Below are positions 19,083-29,637 of a stretch of 64,000 nt of DNA, piece by piece. A program made the position numbers and the translations under genes. The notes below the pieces were generated by a model. It searched no databases. It had not been told where the DNA came from and saw nothing but the letters and a program-made list of their open reading frames with translations. Positions within the stretch are counted from its first letter, which is position 1, and each line of letters opens with the position of its first letter. The DNA is from an uncultured Acidobacteriota bacterium. Lineage in GTDB: Bacteria > Acidobacteriota > UBA890. The stretch is from positions 4,065 to 68,064 of the forward strand of contig CAYVUW010000009.1 of assembly GCA_964455175.1 (NCBI GenBank). The letters run 5' to 3'.

Positions 19083-20519
19083 TCAGGCACCGTCCCCCGA
19101 AGCTTTAGTGTGAGATTGTCCCGAATCCAGATCGGCACGAATGGTGCCGTGACTGAGACGTTTGACCAAATCACGGGCCACCTTCCACACGTCGCCCGCG
19201 CCTAACGTCAATACAAGATCGCCGGCCCTCACGATGTTTGATAGCGCTTCAGTAGCTTGCTCAAGGCCATCAATGGTTTGGACCTCCTTATGGCCGTGCT
19301 TCACGATCGATGCAGCAAGAGCGTCACTTGTCACATCCGCGATCGGGTCCTCGCCAGCTGCGTAGATTGGTAAAACGAACACGGTGTCAGCTTGGTAGAA
19401 GGCTCGGCCGAAATCCTCCATCAGCAACTGGGAGCGTGAGTAACGGTGTGGTTGAAAGCAGACAATGGTTCGACGGTCCCAGGCCTCGCGTGCCGTAGAG
19501 AGCACGGCCTGAATCTCGGTTGGATGATGCCCATAATCATCAATCACCAGCACATCGTTGACAGTGCCTATGCGTTGCATGCGCCTGTCAGTGCCGCCGA
19601 ACTCAGCTAATGTGGCTGCGGTGTCAGTGAAATCAATATCGAGTTCACGGGCAACCGCGATCGCTGCGAGGGCATTGAGGGCGTTATGGCGACCATGCAG
19701 CCGAAGACTTGCTTTGCCAGCCAATTTGCCGTCGATGTAGCAAGAAAACGAAGTCCCTTGTGGGTCCACTAGCACGTCGGCGGCACGGATGTCCGCTTGA
19801 GATGAGAATCCATAGGTAATCAGCTTGCGCGATATACGTGGAATTACCTGCTGGATATTGGGGTCATCGAGGCAAACAATGCTGGCACCGTAGAACGGAA
19901 CACTATTCAAGAAAGTTAGAAAGGAGAGTTGTAGCTCATTGAAATCACGGTAGTGGTCTAAATGTTCGGTGTCGATGTTTGTGACAATGGCAAAGGTAGG
20001 TGATAGCCGCAGGAACGATCCGTCAGATTCATCTGCCTCGGCGACGAGAAAGTCGCCATGACCGAGCCTGGCATTGGTTCCCCAGGCCTGCAGACGCCCA
20101 CCTATGACGACGGTAGGGTCCAGTTCGGCACCTTCGAGCACAGTGCCAAGGATTGAAGTAGTCGTTGTTTTACCATGTGAACCTGCAACGGCAATCCCGT
20201 GCTTCATGCGCATCAGCTCGGCGAGCATCTCAGCACGTGGAATGACCGGAATTCCCTTCTGGATGGCTTCCTGTACTTCGAGATTCTCGTTGCTTACCGC
20301 CGATGATGTCACGACCACGTGGGCCCCTTTTGCTTGCCCCGCTTGGTGGCCGATATAGATGATGCCCCCGAGTTGCTCCAACCGTCGGGTGATCGGTGAT
20401 GCGCACAGGTCAGACCCTGACACTTCGTAGCCAAGGTTAATCAGTAGCTCAGCGATTCCGCTCATGCCGATACCACCAATGCCGACGAAGTGTAGGTGCC
20501 GAATCTTTTTGAGCATCAA
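19083..20519 (-). CDS. murC: UDP-N-acetylmuramate--L-alanine ligase
   Basis: HFVGIGGIGMSGIAELL and the Mur ligase P-loop VAGSHGKTTTTS. Confidence 0.95.
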   Translation of the reverse strand: MMLKKIRHLHFVGIGGIGMSGIAELLINLGYEVSGSDLCASPITRRLEQLGGIIYIGHQAGQAKGAHVVVTSSAVSNENLEVQEAIQKGIPVIPRAEMLAELMRMKHGIAVAGSHGKTTTTSILGTVLEGAELDPTVVIGGRLQAWGTNARLGHGDFLVAEADESDGSFLRLSPTFAIVTNIDTEHLDHYRDFNELQLSFLTFLNSVPFYGASIVCLDDPNIQQVIPRISRKLITYGFSSQADIRAADVLVDPQGTSFSCYIDGKLAGKASLRLHGRHNALNALAAIAVARELDIDFTDTAATLAEFGGTDRRMQRIGTVNDVLVIDDYGHHPTEIQAVLSTAREAWDRRTIVCFQPHRYSRSQLLMEDFGRAFYQADTVFVLPIYAAGEDPIADVTSDALAASIVKHGHKEVQTIDGLEQATEALSNIVRAGDLVLTLGAGDVWKVARDLVKRLSHGTIRADLDSGQSHTKASGDGA

Positions 20520-20523
20520 TTCC

Positions 20524-21615
20524 TCAGGAATGTTGTGAGATGTTCAATAGTATGCCGATTGCCCCGCATGTTATGACCAGCGAGGATCCACCGTGGCTTA
20601 TCAAAGGCAGTGGAATACCCGTTGTCGGCACTAAGTTCACGACAACACTCATGTTCAATAGGGCTTGCATGACTAGCCCCGCGGTCAGGCCAACACCGAG
20701 GTAGAAACCAAACTTATCGGGAACCATCACTGTGGCGCGCACGCCACGCCACAGGATCATTAAGAAGCCCGCGATAACCAATGTCGAACCTACAAAGCCA
20801 AGTTCCTCGCCAATTACGGCATAGATGAAGTCGGTATGTGGTTCGGGCAGGAAAGATAGCTTTTGCTTGCCTTCCGCTAGGCCGACGCCAGTGATACCAC
20901 CGGTCCCCACGGCGATCAGCGATTGAATCGTTTGAAAGCCAACGTCAAGCTGGTCGGCCCATGGATTCAAGAACGCCATAATACGGCGGGTTTGGTAGCC
21001 AGTCATCCATATTTGTGTACCAGCTAACGCCACTGCGAGGGTGCCAAAGCCGATGATGTAGCGCCATGCCATACCGGCAACAACCAACATAATGCCGGCA
21101 ACCATAACTACCGCTGCAGCGGTACCTAGATCAGGCTCGAGCAAGATGAGCAAACTGAGCGAACCGACAACCGCAAGGGCGGGCAAGAGGCCGTTCCACC
21201 AGTCATTAATCTTGCCGTCTTTACGACTTAGATAGCTGGCCAAAAACAACACTGTTGTCAACTTAGCGATCTCCGAAGGCTGCAGGTTCAAAGGCCCTAG
21301 AGATAGCCAGCGCCGCGTTCCTTCACCACTGCCCATGATCAATACCAGCACCAGAAGAGCTACAGTCAAACCTACAGCAAACAGGACGAACGGCCGCTGC
21401 TTGTACAAACGATAATCAATACGCATAGCGAGTAGCATGACTACGATTCCGACCACCGCCGCGATTGCCTGGCGGAAAAGGTAGTGGGTGCCATTACCGT
21501 ATTTTTCTTGTGATTCGTGATATGACGACGAATAGACCATTAGCAGCCCGAGGCCGATCATCACGACGGTCGTAGCGAACAGCGGTTTGTCTATCGCCAG
21601 CCAGCGACTTGCCAT
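20524..21615 (-). CDS. ftsW: SEDS peptidoglycan glycosyltransferase FtsW
   Basis: About 10 TM helices with the SEDS pattern (..PSEIAKL.., ..LPEPHTDFIYAVIGEELG.., ..PLPLISHGGSS), in the dcw position. Confidence 0.9.
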   Translation of the reverse strand: MASRWLAIDKPLFATTVVMIGLGLLMVYSSSYHESQEKYGNGTHYLFRQAIAAVVGIVVMLLAMRIDYRLYKQRPFVLFAVGLTVALLVLVLIMGSGEGTRRWLSLGPLNLQPSEIAKLTTVLFLASYLSRKDGKINDWWNGLLPALAVVGSLSLLILLEPDLGTAAAVVMVAGIMLVVAGMAWRYIIGFGTLAVALAGTQIWMTGYQTRRIMAFLNPWADQLDVGFQTIQSLIAVGTGGITGVGLAEGKQKLSFLPEPHTDFIYAVIGEELGFVGSTLVIAGFLMILWRGVRATVMVPDKFGFYLGVGLTAGLVMQALLNMSVVVNLVPTTGIPLPLISHGGSSLVITCGAIGILLNISQHS

Positions 21616-21617
21616 TC

Positions 21618-23054
21618 CTAGATCTCCGTTAGGTTCTGAGAGGGGTCATCTTCGAGCATGTATGCCGCCACCAACCTTTTGAAGTGATGTCCGCGTTCTT
21701 CAAAATTGGGATACTGATCGAATGAGGTACAAGCGGGTGAGAGTAGTAAAGTGTCACCCTTGTTTCCTTCATCTAAGGCACGCGCGACTGCGCATTCCAT
21801 GGTTTCACAACGCTGTAGTTTCGTGTGATGGCTAAGAGCAGCTTCGATTACGCTGCTTGCTTCACCGATCAGTAAAACAGAGGCGACGCGCTCGTCTAGG
21901 ACAGGCAATAGCTCACCAAAATCGGCTCCTTTATCACGGCCCCCTAGGATCAGCCGAACACCTCGATCGAAGCCCGAGAGGGCTGCAATTGAAGCACCTA
22001 TGTTGGTTGCCTTGGAGTCGTTGATACAGCGTACACCGCCCACCTCGCCGCAATACTCCATGCGGTGAGCGAGCCCTTCATAGGTAGATAGAGCGGCGCG
22101 GATTGATTCGGGGGCTACGTTGAGCAGAGACGCAACAGCGGCGGCGACGCAGGCATTTGTTTGGTTGTGCTGGCCGATGACACGAAGTTCCTCAACATTC
22201 ATTGCCGAAGCTTCATGGTCGGCTGTCCACCAGCAGATCTTGCCATTACCGACCCAGGCGGTGGGAGCCTCCGGGTTAGAAGGCTCGGACATAAAGGGGA
22301 GCAAGCGAACATTGTTTTGCGGCAGGTATGACGCCAGTTTGGGATCGTCCAAGTTGTAGATTAGCCAGTCAGCAGCGTCCATGTTGCGGACCAGGCGTAA
22401 CTTAGCTTTCGTGTAAGCATCGAGCGTTCCGTGCCAGTCGAGGTGGTCTGGCTGAATGTTGAGGATAACAGCGAACCGCGGATGGAAGTCTCGAATTGAA
22501 TGTGCCTGAAACGACGAGACCTCTACGACATAGGCATCAGGGGAGATTTCCCCATTTAACTCCGCGCGAACTACTTCACTGAGGGCGGTCCCGAGGTTGC
22601 CGCAAACCGGCGCATCGAGGCCAGCTTGTTCAAGGATTGCACCAACCATCGAAGTGACAGTGCTTTTGCCGTTGGATCCGGTGATGGCAATTATTGGTAC
22701 CTCAGTCAAATCAGCGGCAACTTCGATCTCTGGTAGAACCGTCACACCGGCCTCACGCGCCTCGATCGTTACGGGGGCATCCGGTCGAATTCCAGGTGAG
22801 AACACAGCACTATCGACACTTGGCCACAGTGTGCTGGGATGCCCACCAGCAACTAACCTGACTCCACGTTCTGTGAGTTCAATCGGGTTAGGTATTTCAC
22901 TTTCTGGCCGAGTATCAGTGAGCGTTACCTCAGCACCGCAGTCGAGTAAAAGTTGAGCGGCGGCAACTCCACTGACGCCAGCGCCAACGACGACTACGCT
23001 GCGATTGTGCCAGGCAGCCTTACTATCGCTTGCGTTGTGTGCGGATACGTTCAT
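21618..23054 (-). CDS. murD: UDP-N-acetylmuramoylalanine--D-glutamate ligase
   Basis: Rossmann VVVVGAGVSGVAAA and P-loop ITGSNGKSTVT, in the dcw position. Confidence 0.9.
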   Translation of the reverse strand: MNVSAHNASDSKAAWHNRSVVVVGAGVSGVAAAQLLLDCGAEVTLTDTRPESEIPNPIELTERGVRLVAGGHPSTLWPSVDSAVFSPGIRPDAPVTIEAREAGVTVLPEIEVAADLTEVPIIAITGSNGKSTVTSMVGAILEQAGLDAPVCGNLGTALSEVVRAELNGEISPDAYVVEVSSFQAHSIRDFHPRFAVILNIQPDHLDWHGTLDAYTKAKLRLVRNMDAADWLIYNLDDPKLASYLPQNNVRLLPFMSEPSNPEAPTAWVGNGKICWWTADHEASAMNVEELRVIGQHNQTNACVAAAVASLLNVAPESIRAALSTYEGLAHRMEYCGEVGGVRCINDSKATNIGASIAALSGFDRGVRLILGGRDKGADFGELLPVLDERVASVLLIGEASSVIEAALSHHTKLQRCETMECAVARALDEGNKGDTLLLSPACTSFDQYPNFEERGHHFKRLVAAYMLEDDPSQNLTEI

Positions 23055-24136
23055 CGAAGCTTTAGGGTGGCGAGCGAGAGGAGGGCAAAAATGCTAGCGA
23101 GTATCCAGAAGCGTACGACTACCTTCGACTCTGGCCACCCACTCATCTCGAAATGGTGATGCAGCGTGGCCATGTGGAATACACGCTCGCCAGTGAATCG
23201 ATACGAGCCCACTTGAATAATTACAGATAGGGCCTCAACGACGAATAAGCCGCCGACGAAGAACAGGTTGAACTCCTGCTTGATCAGCAAAGCCACAGTG
23301 CCGACCGCACCACCTAGTGCGAGTGACCCCGTGTCCCCCATGAAAACTTCTGCAGGGTGGGAGTTAAACCACAGAAACCCGATACAGGCTCCGACGATAG
23401 CGCCAACGAAGACGGTTACCTCGGCGGCATCTTGCACATAGATGATATTTAGATACTCGGCCATAGTGTTGTGTCCAGCCAAGTAGGCAAAAGCGGTAAA
23501 AGTTCCAGCCGCTATTAGTGTCGCGCCTGTGGCGAGACCATCGAGGCCATCTGTGAGATTGACAGCATTCGAAGCGGCGACTAGAACTAGCGTTGCAAAG
23601 GGCAGGTACATCCAGCCAAGAAATGGCGACAGCTCTTTGAAGAACGGGAACGCCAACTGGGTTGAAAACATGTCTTGATTTGACAACCACCACAGGACTG
23701 TGCCGACCGCCAGGCCGATGGTGATCTCGCCGATAAATTTTGCCTTCACCGAGAGACCACGTCGTCGCGGATGGATTACATGCAGGTAATCGTCAATGAA
23801 ACCGAGAATTGCAAAAGCGAGCGTCGATCCGAGAGCAACCCAAACTAGGCGGTTACTCAACTCCATCCACAGTAGCGTGCTAATGGAGATGGAACCCACG
23901 ATCAGGATGCCACCGATAGTTGGTGTGCCGGCCTTGGCGTTGTGATCTGGGGGGCCTTCGGAGCGGATGCGTTGACCGACCTGTTTCGCCTTTAGCCAAC
24001 GAATCAGAGATGGGGCAAACAACAATGTCAGAGATAGAGCTGTAACGGCGCTCAGTGCTGTTCGGAACGTAATGTAGCGAAACACGTTAAGCGGTGAAAA
24101 CACATCCTGCAGGTTAAAGAGCAGCTCATACAACAT
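23051..24136 (-). CDS. mraY: Phospho-N-acetylmuramoyl-pentapeptide transferase
   Basis: KAGTPTIGG, NAVNLTDGLDGLA, HHHFE. Confidence 0.95.
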   Translation of the reverse strand: MLYELLFNLQDVFSPLNVFRYITFRTALSAVTALSLTLLFAPSLIRWLKAKQVGQRIRSEGPPDHNAKAGTPTIGGILIVGSISISTLLWMELSNRLVWVALGSTLAFAILGFIDDYLHVIHPRRRGLSVKAKFIGEITIGLAVGTVLWWLSNQDMFSTQLAFPFFKELSPFLGWMYLPFATLVLVAASNAVNLTDGLDGLATGATLIAAGTFTAFAYLAGHNTMAEYLNIIYVQDAAEVTVFVGAIVGACIGFLWFNSHPAEVFMGDTGSLALGGAVGTVALLIKQEFNLFFVGGLFVVEALSVIIQVGSYRFTGERVFHMATLHHHFEMSGWPESKVVVRFWILASIFALLSLATLKLR

Positions 24137-24137
24137 G

Positions 24138-25562
24138 TCAGCTTTCCACGACGCCGTTTGAACCCAAGGGCGTGGTGGTCACGGCTTGAGCCACCCGCTC
24201 CAGGTGTATCGCGCGCGACCCCTTCACTAACACCGTGTCGCCATCTTGCAGACGAGGTGTTAGCCAGGATGCTGCCTCTTCGGCCGTGTCGAACGCGTGT
24301 ATTCTTTCTCGGGCCATTCCGTTCTCTGTAGCACCCTCAGCCATAAGCGCGGCGCAGGTACCAACAGTGAGAAGAAGGTCGACCTTGATCTCAGCGGCTT
24401 TCCCGCCCGCATCACGGTGGACTTGATCGGTCCAGTCACCCATCTCGAGCATGTCACCGAGGACAGCAAGACGGCGGCCAGCAGCAGGCAAGGTTGCAAA
24501 GTCTTCGAGAGCCATGTTCATCGCCATAGGGCTAGCGTTGTAGCTTTCATCGACCAAGGTGATACTGCCGATTCGGTGGATCGCCCCGCGGTTCGGCAAT
24601 GGTTCAAGTTTGCTGGCCTCAGCGGCGATTTCATCAATTGTGACATCGAGAGCATGGGCTGTTGCTGTCGCTGCGAGGAAGTTCGGAACCCCCGCGGCAC
24701 CACGGAGCCGCAGTTCGATGTTGCGCGATGCTGAACCTATGTGGAGATTGAACTCCCAGCCGTCGGGGATTGAAACTAGGTTCGTGGCGCGCACTTCCGC
24801 CGAGGCATCATAGCCAAAACGCACCACGTGGCTGACGTGTGGGGCTAACTTCTTCGGCATAGCATCGGTGTGCGGATCATCGGCGTTAACGATCAGCGTT
24901 CCCGAAGCTGGCAACTTTTGTGCGAGTTCGCCTTTGGCAGATGCAACGGCAGCTAGGTTGGCGAAGTTTTCCATGTGTGCTGGTGCGACGTTAGTAATTA
25001 CGCCGATACTTGGATTGGCAAGAGTGGCCAGCGAGCTGATCTCATTTGCTTGACTCATTGCCATTTCAGCCACCATTACTTGGTGACTTTCTTCAAGGCC
25101 AAGAAGTGACAGCGGCAGGCCCCAATGATTGTTGAGGTTGCCTGGGCTGGCATGGACGTTGTAGCGAATTCCAAGAAGGGCAGCGGTGAGTTCCTTGGTA
25201 GTAGTTTTACCTAAGCTCCCGGTGATACCGACGACGGTTGGGTTCAGCTGCTGGCGAAGCCAGCTGGCAAGTACCTGCAGTGACGCCGTAGTGTCCTTGA
25301 CTTGGATAACCGTGATATCTGCGCTACCGGTTCCAATTGGGTGAATCGGCCGTTCTGTTACCACGATGCTAGCCCCAGCTGACACTGCCTGACAGGCGAA
25401 ATCATGACCATCGAGCCTTTCACCAATGATGGCGAAAAAGCAGTCACCACGGCTGGCTGTACGAGAGTCAATGGTTACTGACTCCACAACTTTTTCACGG
25501 TCCCCAGAAATTTTCTGAGCGCTCAGGATTTTTGAGATCTGAGCAGCAGAGAGTGGGATCAT
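24138..25562 (-). CDS. murF: UDP-N-acetylmuramoyl-tripeptide--D-alanyl-D-alanine ligase
   Basis: P-loop ITGSLGKTTTKE. The ATG at 25562 forms an ATGA overlap with the murE stop; the longer track ORF, which begins at 25706, extends into murE. Confidence 0.9.
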   Translation of the reverse strand: MIPLSAAQISKILSAQKISGDREKVVESVTIDSRTASRGDCFFAIIGERLDGHDFACQAVSAGASIVVTERPIHPIGTGSADITVIQVKDTTASLQVLASWLRQQLNPTVVGITGSLGKTTTKELTAALLGIRYNVHASPGNLNNHWGLPLSLLGLEESHQVMVAEMAMSQANEISSLATLANPSIGVITNVAPAHMENFANLAAVASAKGELAQKLPASGTLIVNADDPHTDAMPKKLAPHVSHVVRFGYDASAEVRATNLVSIPDGWEFNLHIGSASRNIELRLRGAAGVPNFLAATATAHALDVTIDEIAAEASKLEPLPNRGAIHRIGSITLVDESYNASPMAMNMALEDFATLPAAGRRLAVLGDMLEMGDWTDQVHRDAGGKAAEIKVDLLLTVGTCAALMAEGATENGMARERIHAFDTAEEAASWLTPRLQDGDTVLVKGSRAIHLERVAQAVTTTPLGSNGVVES

Positions 25563-27196
25563 GGCCTTGTCTCCGTCTCGGCCGTGTTGGGTTGAGCGAA
25601 ACGTTCCTTGAGCCATTTGCTGGCAACCGTTGCATCGTTGAACTCGATCCAATGGTCCGCGAATTCCTGTTTCGTCTCGTGACCTTTGCCGGCGATCAGA
25701 ACGCAATCACCCGCCCGGGCGCGTTCCAACGCCTGAACAATGGCGGCAAAACGGTCGACTTCGCATTCGACTTGTGCCCGTGCATGTTCCGGAATTCCAA
25801 CCTCAATTTCATCGAGGATCGAGACCGGGTCCTCTTTACGAGGATTGTCAGAGGTGATGATCACCTGGTCAGCTTCGTTGACAGCAACCTTTCCCATCAG
25901 TGGACGCTTCCCACGATCACGGCCGCCACCGCAGCCGAAGACGACGATGACCTCCTTGGACATTCCTGCTAAGTTTCGGCACGCGGCTAGAGCAGCCTGC
26001 AAAGCGGCAGGTGTGTGAGCGAAGTCAATTAAAACGGTGAATGGCTGGCCATGTAGAAGCTGTTGAAAGCGACCGCTTTCGCCAGTGAAGGAAGCCACCG
26101 GTTCGGCAATCTCGTCAGCGCTGAGCCCAAGTTCTAATGCCAATGCAATCGCGGCAGTAAGGTTTTCCCCATTTGCTTGCCCAAACAAGGGGCTTTTAAA
26201 CTCAAGGTTCCCTTGGGGGGTCTCCAGGTGCAGCGTGCTTACACCTGCGGCATATTCCCAACGTGTAATCTGATAAGTCGGAACAGTGCTCACCGGCGCT
26301 GGCATGGTTTCGTAAACGGAATTGATCGAAGGAGTATTCGATGGTTCACCGTGCTGATCGAGACTCGAGACTGAGCGAACTTTGCTGGGGGTAGTCGGGA
26401 GTGCTTTCCATCCGAAACCGACTACCTGCGCTTTGGTTCGTTTAATCAGTGTCGCAGAGGCTGGGTCACCTACGTTCAAAACGGCGATGCTGTCTGTTCC
26501 GAGACGTTCGAACAGCATCGCTTTGGCCTCTAGGTAATTATCCATGCTCGAGTGGAAATCAAGATGATCTTTACTGAGGTTAGTAAAGATGGCAGCGGCA
26601 AAGCGCGTTGCATCGACTCGCCGCAGTGTCAATGCGTGTGAAGAGACTTCGATCGCTGCCGCCCAGCAGTCGGTGTTGACCATCTGACGCAAGGTATTTT
26701 GAAGGTCCGGGCCCTCCGGGGTGGTGCGATGGGCGGGGTAGGGAGTGCCAGCAATATTTACTGTGGTTGTGCTCCACCTTCCAACCGGCCCACGTGCCTC
26801 GAGCAGAGCCTGACACAGTGCGGCAACCGTAGTCTTGCCATTCGTCCCAGTGACCCCAACAACGGTGAGATCATGGCTCGGGTTGTTATAAAACGCTGCG
26901 GCCATTGGGGCTAAAACTGCACGAGCATTATGAACACGCGCCCAGACAGGAGGGGCCTTGGTAAGATCCACACTGTTGGGATCAGCTTCAGCAACGATCG
27001 CTACGGCACCCGCGGCTACCGCGTCGGTGACGAAGCGCAGTCCGTCATGCACGAACCCCGGCACGGCGACGAAAACGTCGCCGGGCTGGACCTTTCGCGA
27101 GTCATACGCGATCCCAGTTACGACCGTGTCGGCGTCGCCGCTGTAGCTGGTCTCGGTCCCTGATAACAGAGACGCGAGGGCGGACCTCGTCGGCAT
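25559..27196 (-). CDS. murE: UDP-N-acetylmuramoyl-L-alanyl-D-glutamate--2,6-diaminopimelate ligase
   Basis: P-loop VTGTNGKTT and the motif TSDNPRKEDP. Confidence 0.93.
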   Translation of the reverse strand: MPTRSALASLLSGTETSYSGDADTVVTGIAYDSRKVQPGDVFVAVPGFVHDGLRFVTDAVAAGAVAIVAEADPNSVDLTKAPPVWARVHNARAVLAPMAAAFYNNPSHDLTVVGVTGTNGKTTVAALCQALLEARGPVGRWSTTTVNIAGTPYPAHRTTPEGPDLQNTLRQMVNTDCWAAAIEVSSHALTLRRVDATRFAAAIFTNLSKDHLDFHSSMDNYLEAKAMLFERLGTDSIAVLNVGDPASATLIKRTKAQVVGFGWKALPTTPSKVRSVSSLDQHGEPSNTPSINSVYETMPAPVSTVPTYQITRWEYAAGVSTLHLETPQGNLEFKSPLFGQANGENLTAAIALALELGLSADEIAEPVASFTGESGRFQQLLHGQPFTVLIDFAHTPAALQAALAACRNLAGMSKEVIVVFGCGGGRDRGKRPLMGKVAVNEADQVIITSDNPRKEDPVSILDEIEVGIPEHARAQVECEVDRFAAIVQALERARAGDCVLIAGKGHETKQEFADHWIEFNDATVASKWLKERFAQPNTAETETRP

Positions 27197-27304
27197 GGCC
27201 TCCCCTTGCTGTTTACGCCCGTCACCCCTTGACGGGCAATAACCCTGTGTCCCCGTACTGAGGACACCTTAATTAACGAAAGCTCTTTCTCTTCGAGCAG
27301 TTCG

Positions 27305-29065
27305 CTAGCTGCCAGTTATCTGCAAAGGAGCAACCACGGTGTCAGGAGCTAAACGCAGCACCCGTACCGCCGCCTTAGCGATGGTCCGGAAAGCCGGCGC
27401 AGCGACCTCACTTCCATAATATCCCTTGCGTGGAGCGTCGATCATGACGAGAACGACAAGCTTGGGAGCAGATGCTGGCAAAATTCCAATAAAAGACGAC
27501 ACATACTGGCTGTATAGACCATCAGGGCCGATCTTCTGGGCCGTGCCAGTCTTACCCGCCAGTCGATATCCACGGATCCCCGAGGCTTTACCGATTGCCG
27601 AATGTGGGTCGATAACGCCCTCTAATACGTCCATTACACGTGCTGCCGTGACTTTGTCTATGACACGACGACGAATCTTGGGTTGGTGCTCGAACTGCAC
27701 GTTGCCTTTGGCGTCACGGATCTCCGAAACAATGTATGGCTGAAGCAACAGGCCTCCGTTGGCGATTGCCGAGACGCCTGTAGTCAACTGTAACGGTGTG
27801 ACGCCAATTTCTTGCCCGATGATCATTGAGCTTTGTGAAAGTGATGACCAACGACTTATAGGATGTAGAAGGCCGGAGGCTTCCCCCGGCAAGCTAATGC
27901 CCGTGGGTTCGCCGAAGCCAAAAGCCCTAAGCCATTCGTAAAAGCGTGTAGGCTCCAGTCGCAAGCCAACCTTGATCATGCCGACATTGCTCGAGTTCGC
28001 GACGACTTCGGAGAAGGGCATGATGCCGAACCCTCGTTTCCAGTCGTGGTAGGTGTGGTTCGCGACCCGTAAGGCGCCGCCCTGGCAATCTATAAGCTCG
28101 TTTTCGAAGACAAGGTCTTCACGAAAACCGGCGGCCGCGGTAAAGATCTTGAATGTGGAACCCGGTTCGTACATGCTGTTTGAGGCCCTATTCCTGGACG
28201 AGAGATCGACCAGTGCCTGGTCACGGACGTTAGGGTTAAAGGTTGGGTAGGAGGCTAGTGCGAGTACCTCACCGGTGCGCGGGTCCATGACGACAGCACT
28301 CGCACCATCAGCTTCACGCTCAAGAACGACCTTCTCTAGAGTCGATTCCGCCACCCTTTGAATGGATGGTTCTATAGTCAGGAAAATATCGTGGCCAGGA
28401 ATAGGGTCCTCCCGGAAAGCCCCATCAGGATCGATGGGCTTCTGTCCGCCGTCTTTGAGGGTCAACCATCTCCCATCCTGGCCACGAATGACGTCGTTGA
28501 ATCGGTACTCGACACCAGCTGCGCCCTGATTTTCATTGTTAACGAAGCCTAAGACGTGGGCTGCGAGCTGGCGGTTTGGGTAATAACGGCGGTTAGCAGG
28601 GTGTTTGCCTACTGAACGGTGGAGATTGTGTTCTTGTTTAACAGCCTCGACAGCACTGACGATCTCGGGTGTTGCATATCGTTCCAAATAAACAAGAGAA
28701 CGTTCTTGATTCACAAGGCGTGCTAAATCCTCGGTCGGCATCTGGAGAGCCGGTGCAAGGATTGCCGGTGCGCTGTCACGGTCGTCCAGCAGGTGGGGGT
28801 GGACGTAAATAGATGTTTCTTCGATAGTACTCGCTAAAAGATTTCCGTCGCGTGCGAATATGTTGCCGCGCATCGCTGGGATGCTGGCCTCGTATTCTTG
28901 TTGTTCGCGGGCGCGCTCAACCAGGTACGCATGCTGCACGACCTGCAGGTGTGCGAGGCGAGCGATTAGCAGCCCGGTCCACAGGCCAGCGCAGACAAGC
29001 ACTAGGAACAGACGCCGTCTCTGTAGACGGCTAACACTAGAAATTTTATGGTCGTCTACGACCAT
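27305..29065 (-). CDS. ftsI: Peptidoglycan D,D-transpeptidase FtsI (class B PBP)
   Basis: N-terminal TM anchor. Transpeptidase motifs STFK (PGSTFKIF), SSN (NSSNVG) and KTGT (AGKTGTAQK). Confidence 0.9.
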   Translation of the reverse strand: MVVDDHKISSVSRLQRRRLFLVLVCAGLWTGLLIARLAHLQVVQHAYLVERAREQQEYEASIPAMRGNIFARDGNLLASTIEETSIYVHPHLLDDRDSAPAILAPALQMPTEDLARLVNQERSLVYLERYATPEIVSAVEAVKQEHNLHRSVGKHPANRRYYPNRQLAAHVLGFVNNENQGAAGVEYRFNDVIRGQDGRWLTLKDGGQKPIDPDGAFREDPIPGHDIFLTIEPSIQRVAESTLEKVVLEREADGASAVVMDPRTGEVLALASYPTFNPNVRDQALVDLSSRNRASNSMYEPGSTFKIFTAAAGFREDLVFENELIDCQGGALRVANHTYHDWKRGFGIMPFSEVVANSSNVGMIKVGLRLEPTRFYEWLRAFGFGEPTGISLPGEASGLLHPISRWSSLSQSSMIIGQEIGVTPLQLTTGVSAIANGGLLLQPYIVSEIRDAKGNVQFEHQPKIRRRVIDKVTAARVMDVLEGVIDPHSAIGKASGIRGYRLAGKTGTAQKIGPDGLYSQYVSSFIGILPASAPKLVVLVMIDAPRKGYYGSEVAAPAFRTIAKAAVRVLRLAPDTVVAPLQITGS

Positions 29066-29453
29066 CTGTTTCTTCTGTAGCCTCAGCTAGGAGAGTTAAA
29101 TTTCGGGCGGGTACAACAGGGGTTCGAGCCAGATACACGACCTGGTTTTCCTCAGCTTCGACTAGGCTGGACACTTCACGGGCCAGTTTTTCTATCCGCT
29201 CCAGGTTGCTTACTGAGGAAAATTCGATATCGAGGCGCTGACGCTGCTCGTCAAGCTGTTTGATGTGGGCCTCGAGATCGACAACTTCGGTACGATACTG
29301 ATGCAGTTTGGCGCGCAAGCTTGCGGACAAGAAGAAAGGGAGCACTAGTAGCATGCCCAGAGCCATCATCCGTGCCAGGTCACCGAATCTCCCTGGCTCC
29401 CGCGGCTTTACCAGGGGTCCGTTAAACACTCTGGGGCGACGAATCGGGCCCAT
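29046..29453 (-). CDS. ftsL: Cell division protein FtsL-like (bitopic, coiled-coil)
   Basis: A single TM helix (ALGMLLVLPFFL) followed by a coiled-coil. It occupies the conserved slot between rsmH and ftsI. Confidence 0.6.
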   Translation of the reverse strand: MGPIRRPRVFNGPLVKPREPGRFGDLARMMALGMLLVLPFFLSASLRAKLHQYRTEVVDLEAHIKQLDEQRQRLDIEFSSVSNLERIEKLAREVSSLVEAEENQVVYLARTPVVPARNLTLLAEATEETDGRRRP

Positions 29454-29637
29454 GCTCAGCCCTTCCTGCCAGAGAGGGAAATGAGAAATCCGGAGCGTGG
29501 CCCCGACAACCAGGGGCGAATGCTAGCCAGGGTTGTAAAGGGAGGCCTTATACAACTCATTTTGGTCTAGCTAAGGCGACGGGACCACTTGCTCCGGACA
29601 CTCTTTCTTTCCTTTGTTTATTTGGCGTTTGATGAGC

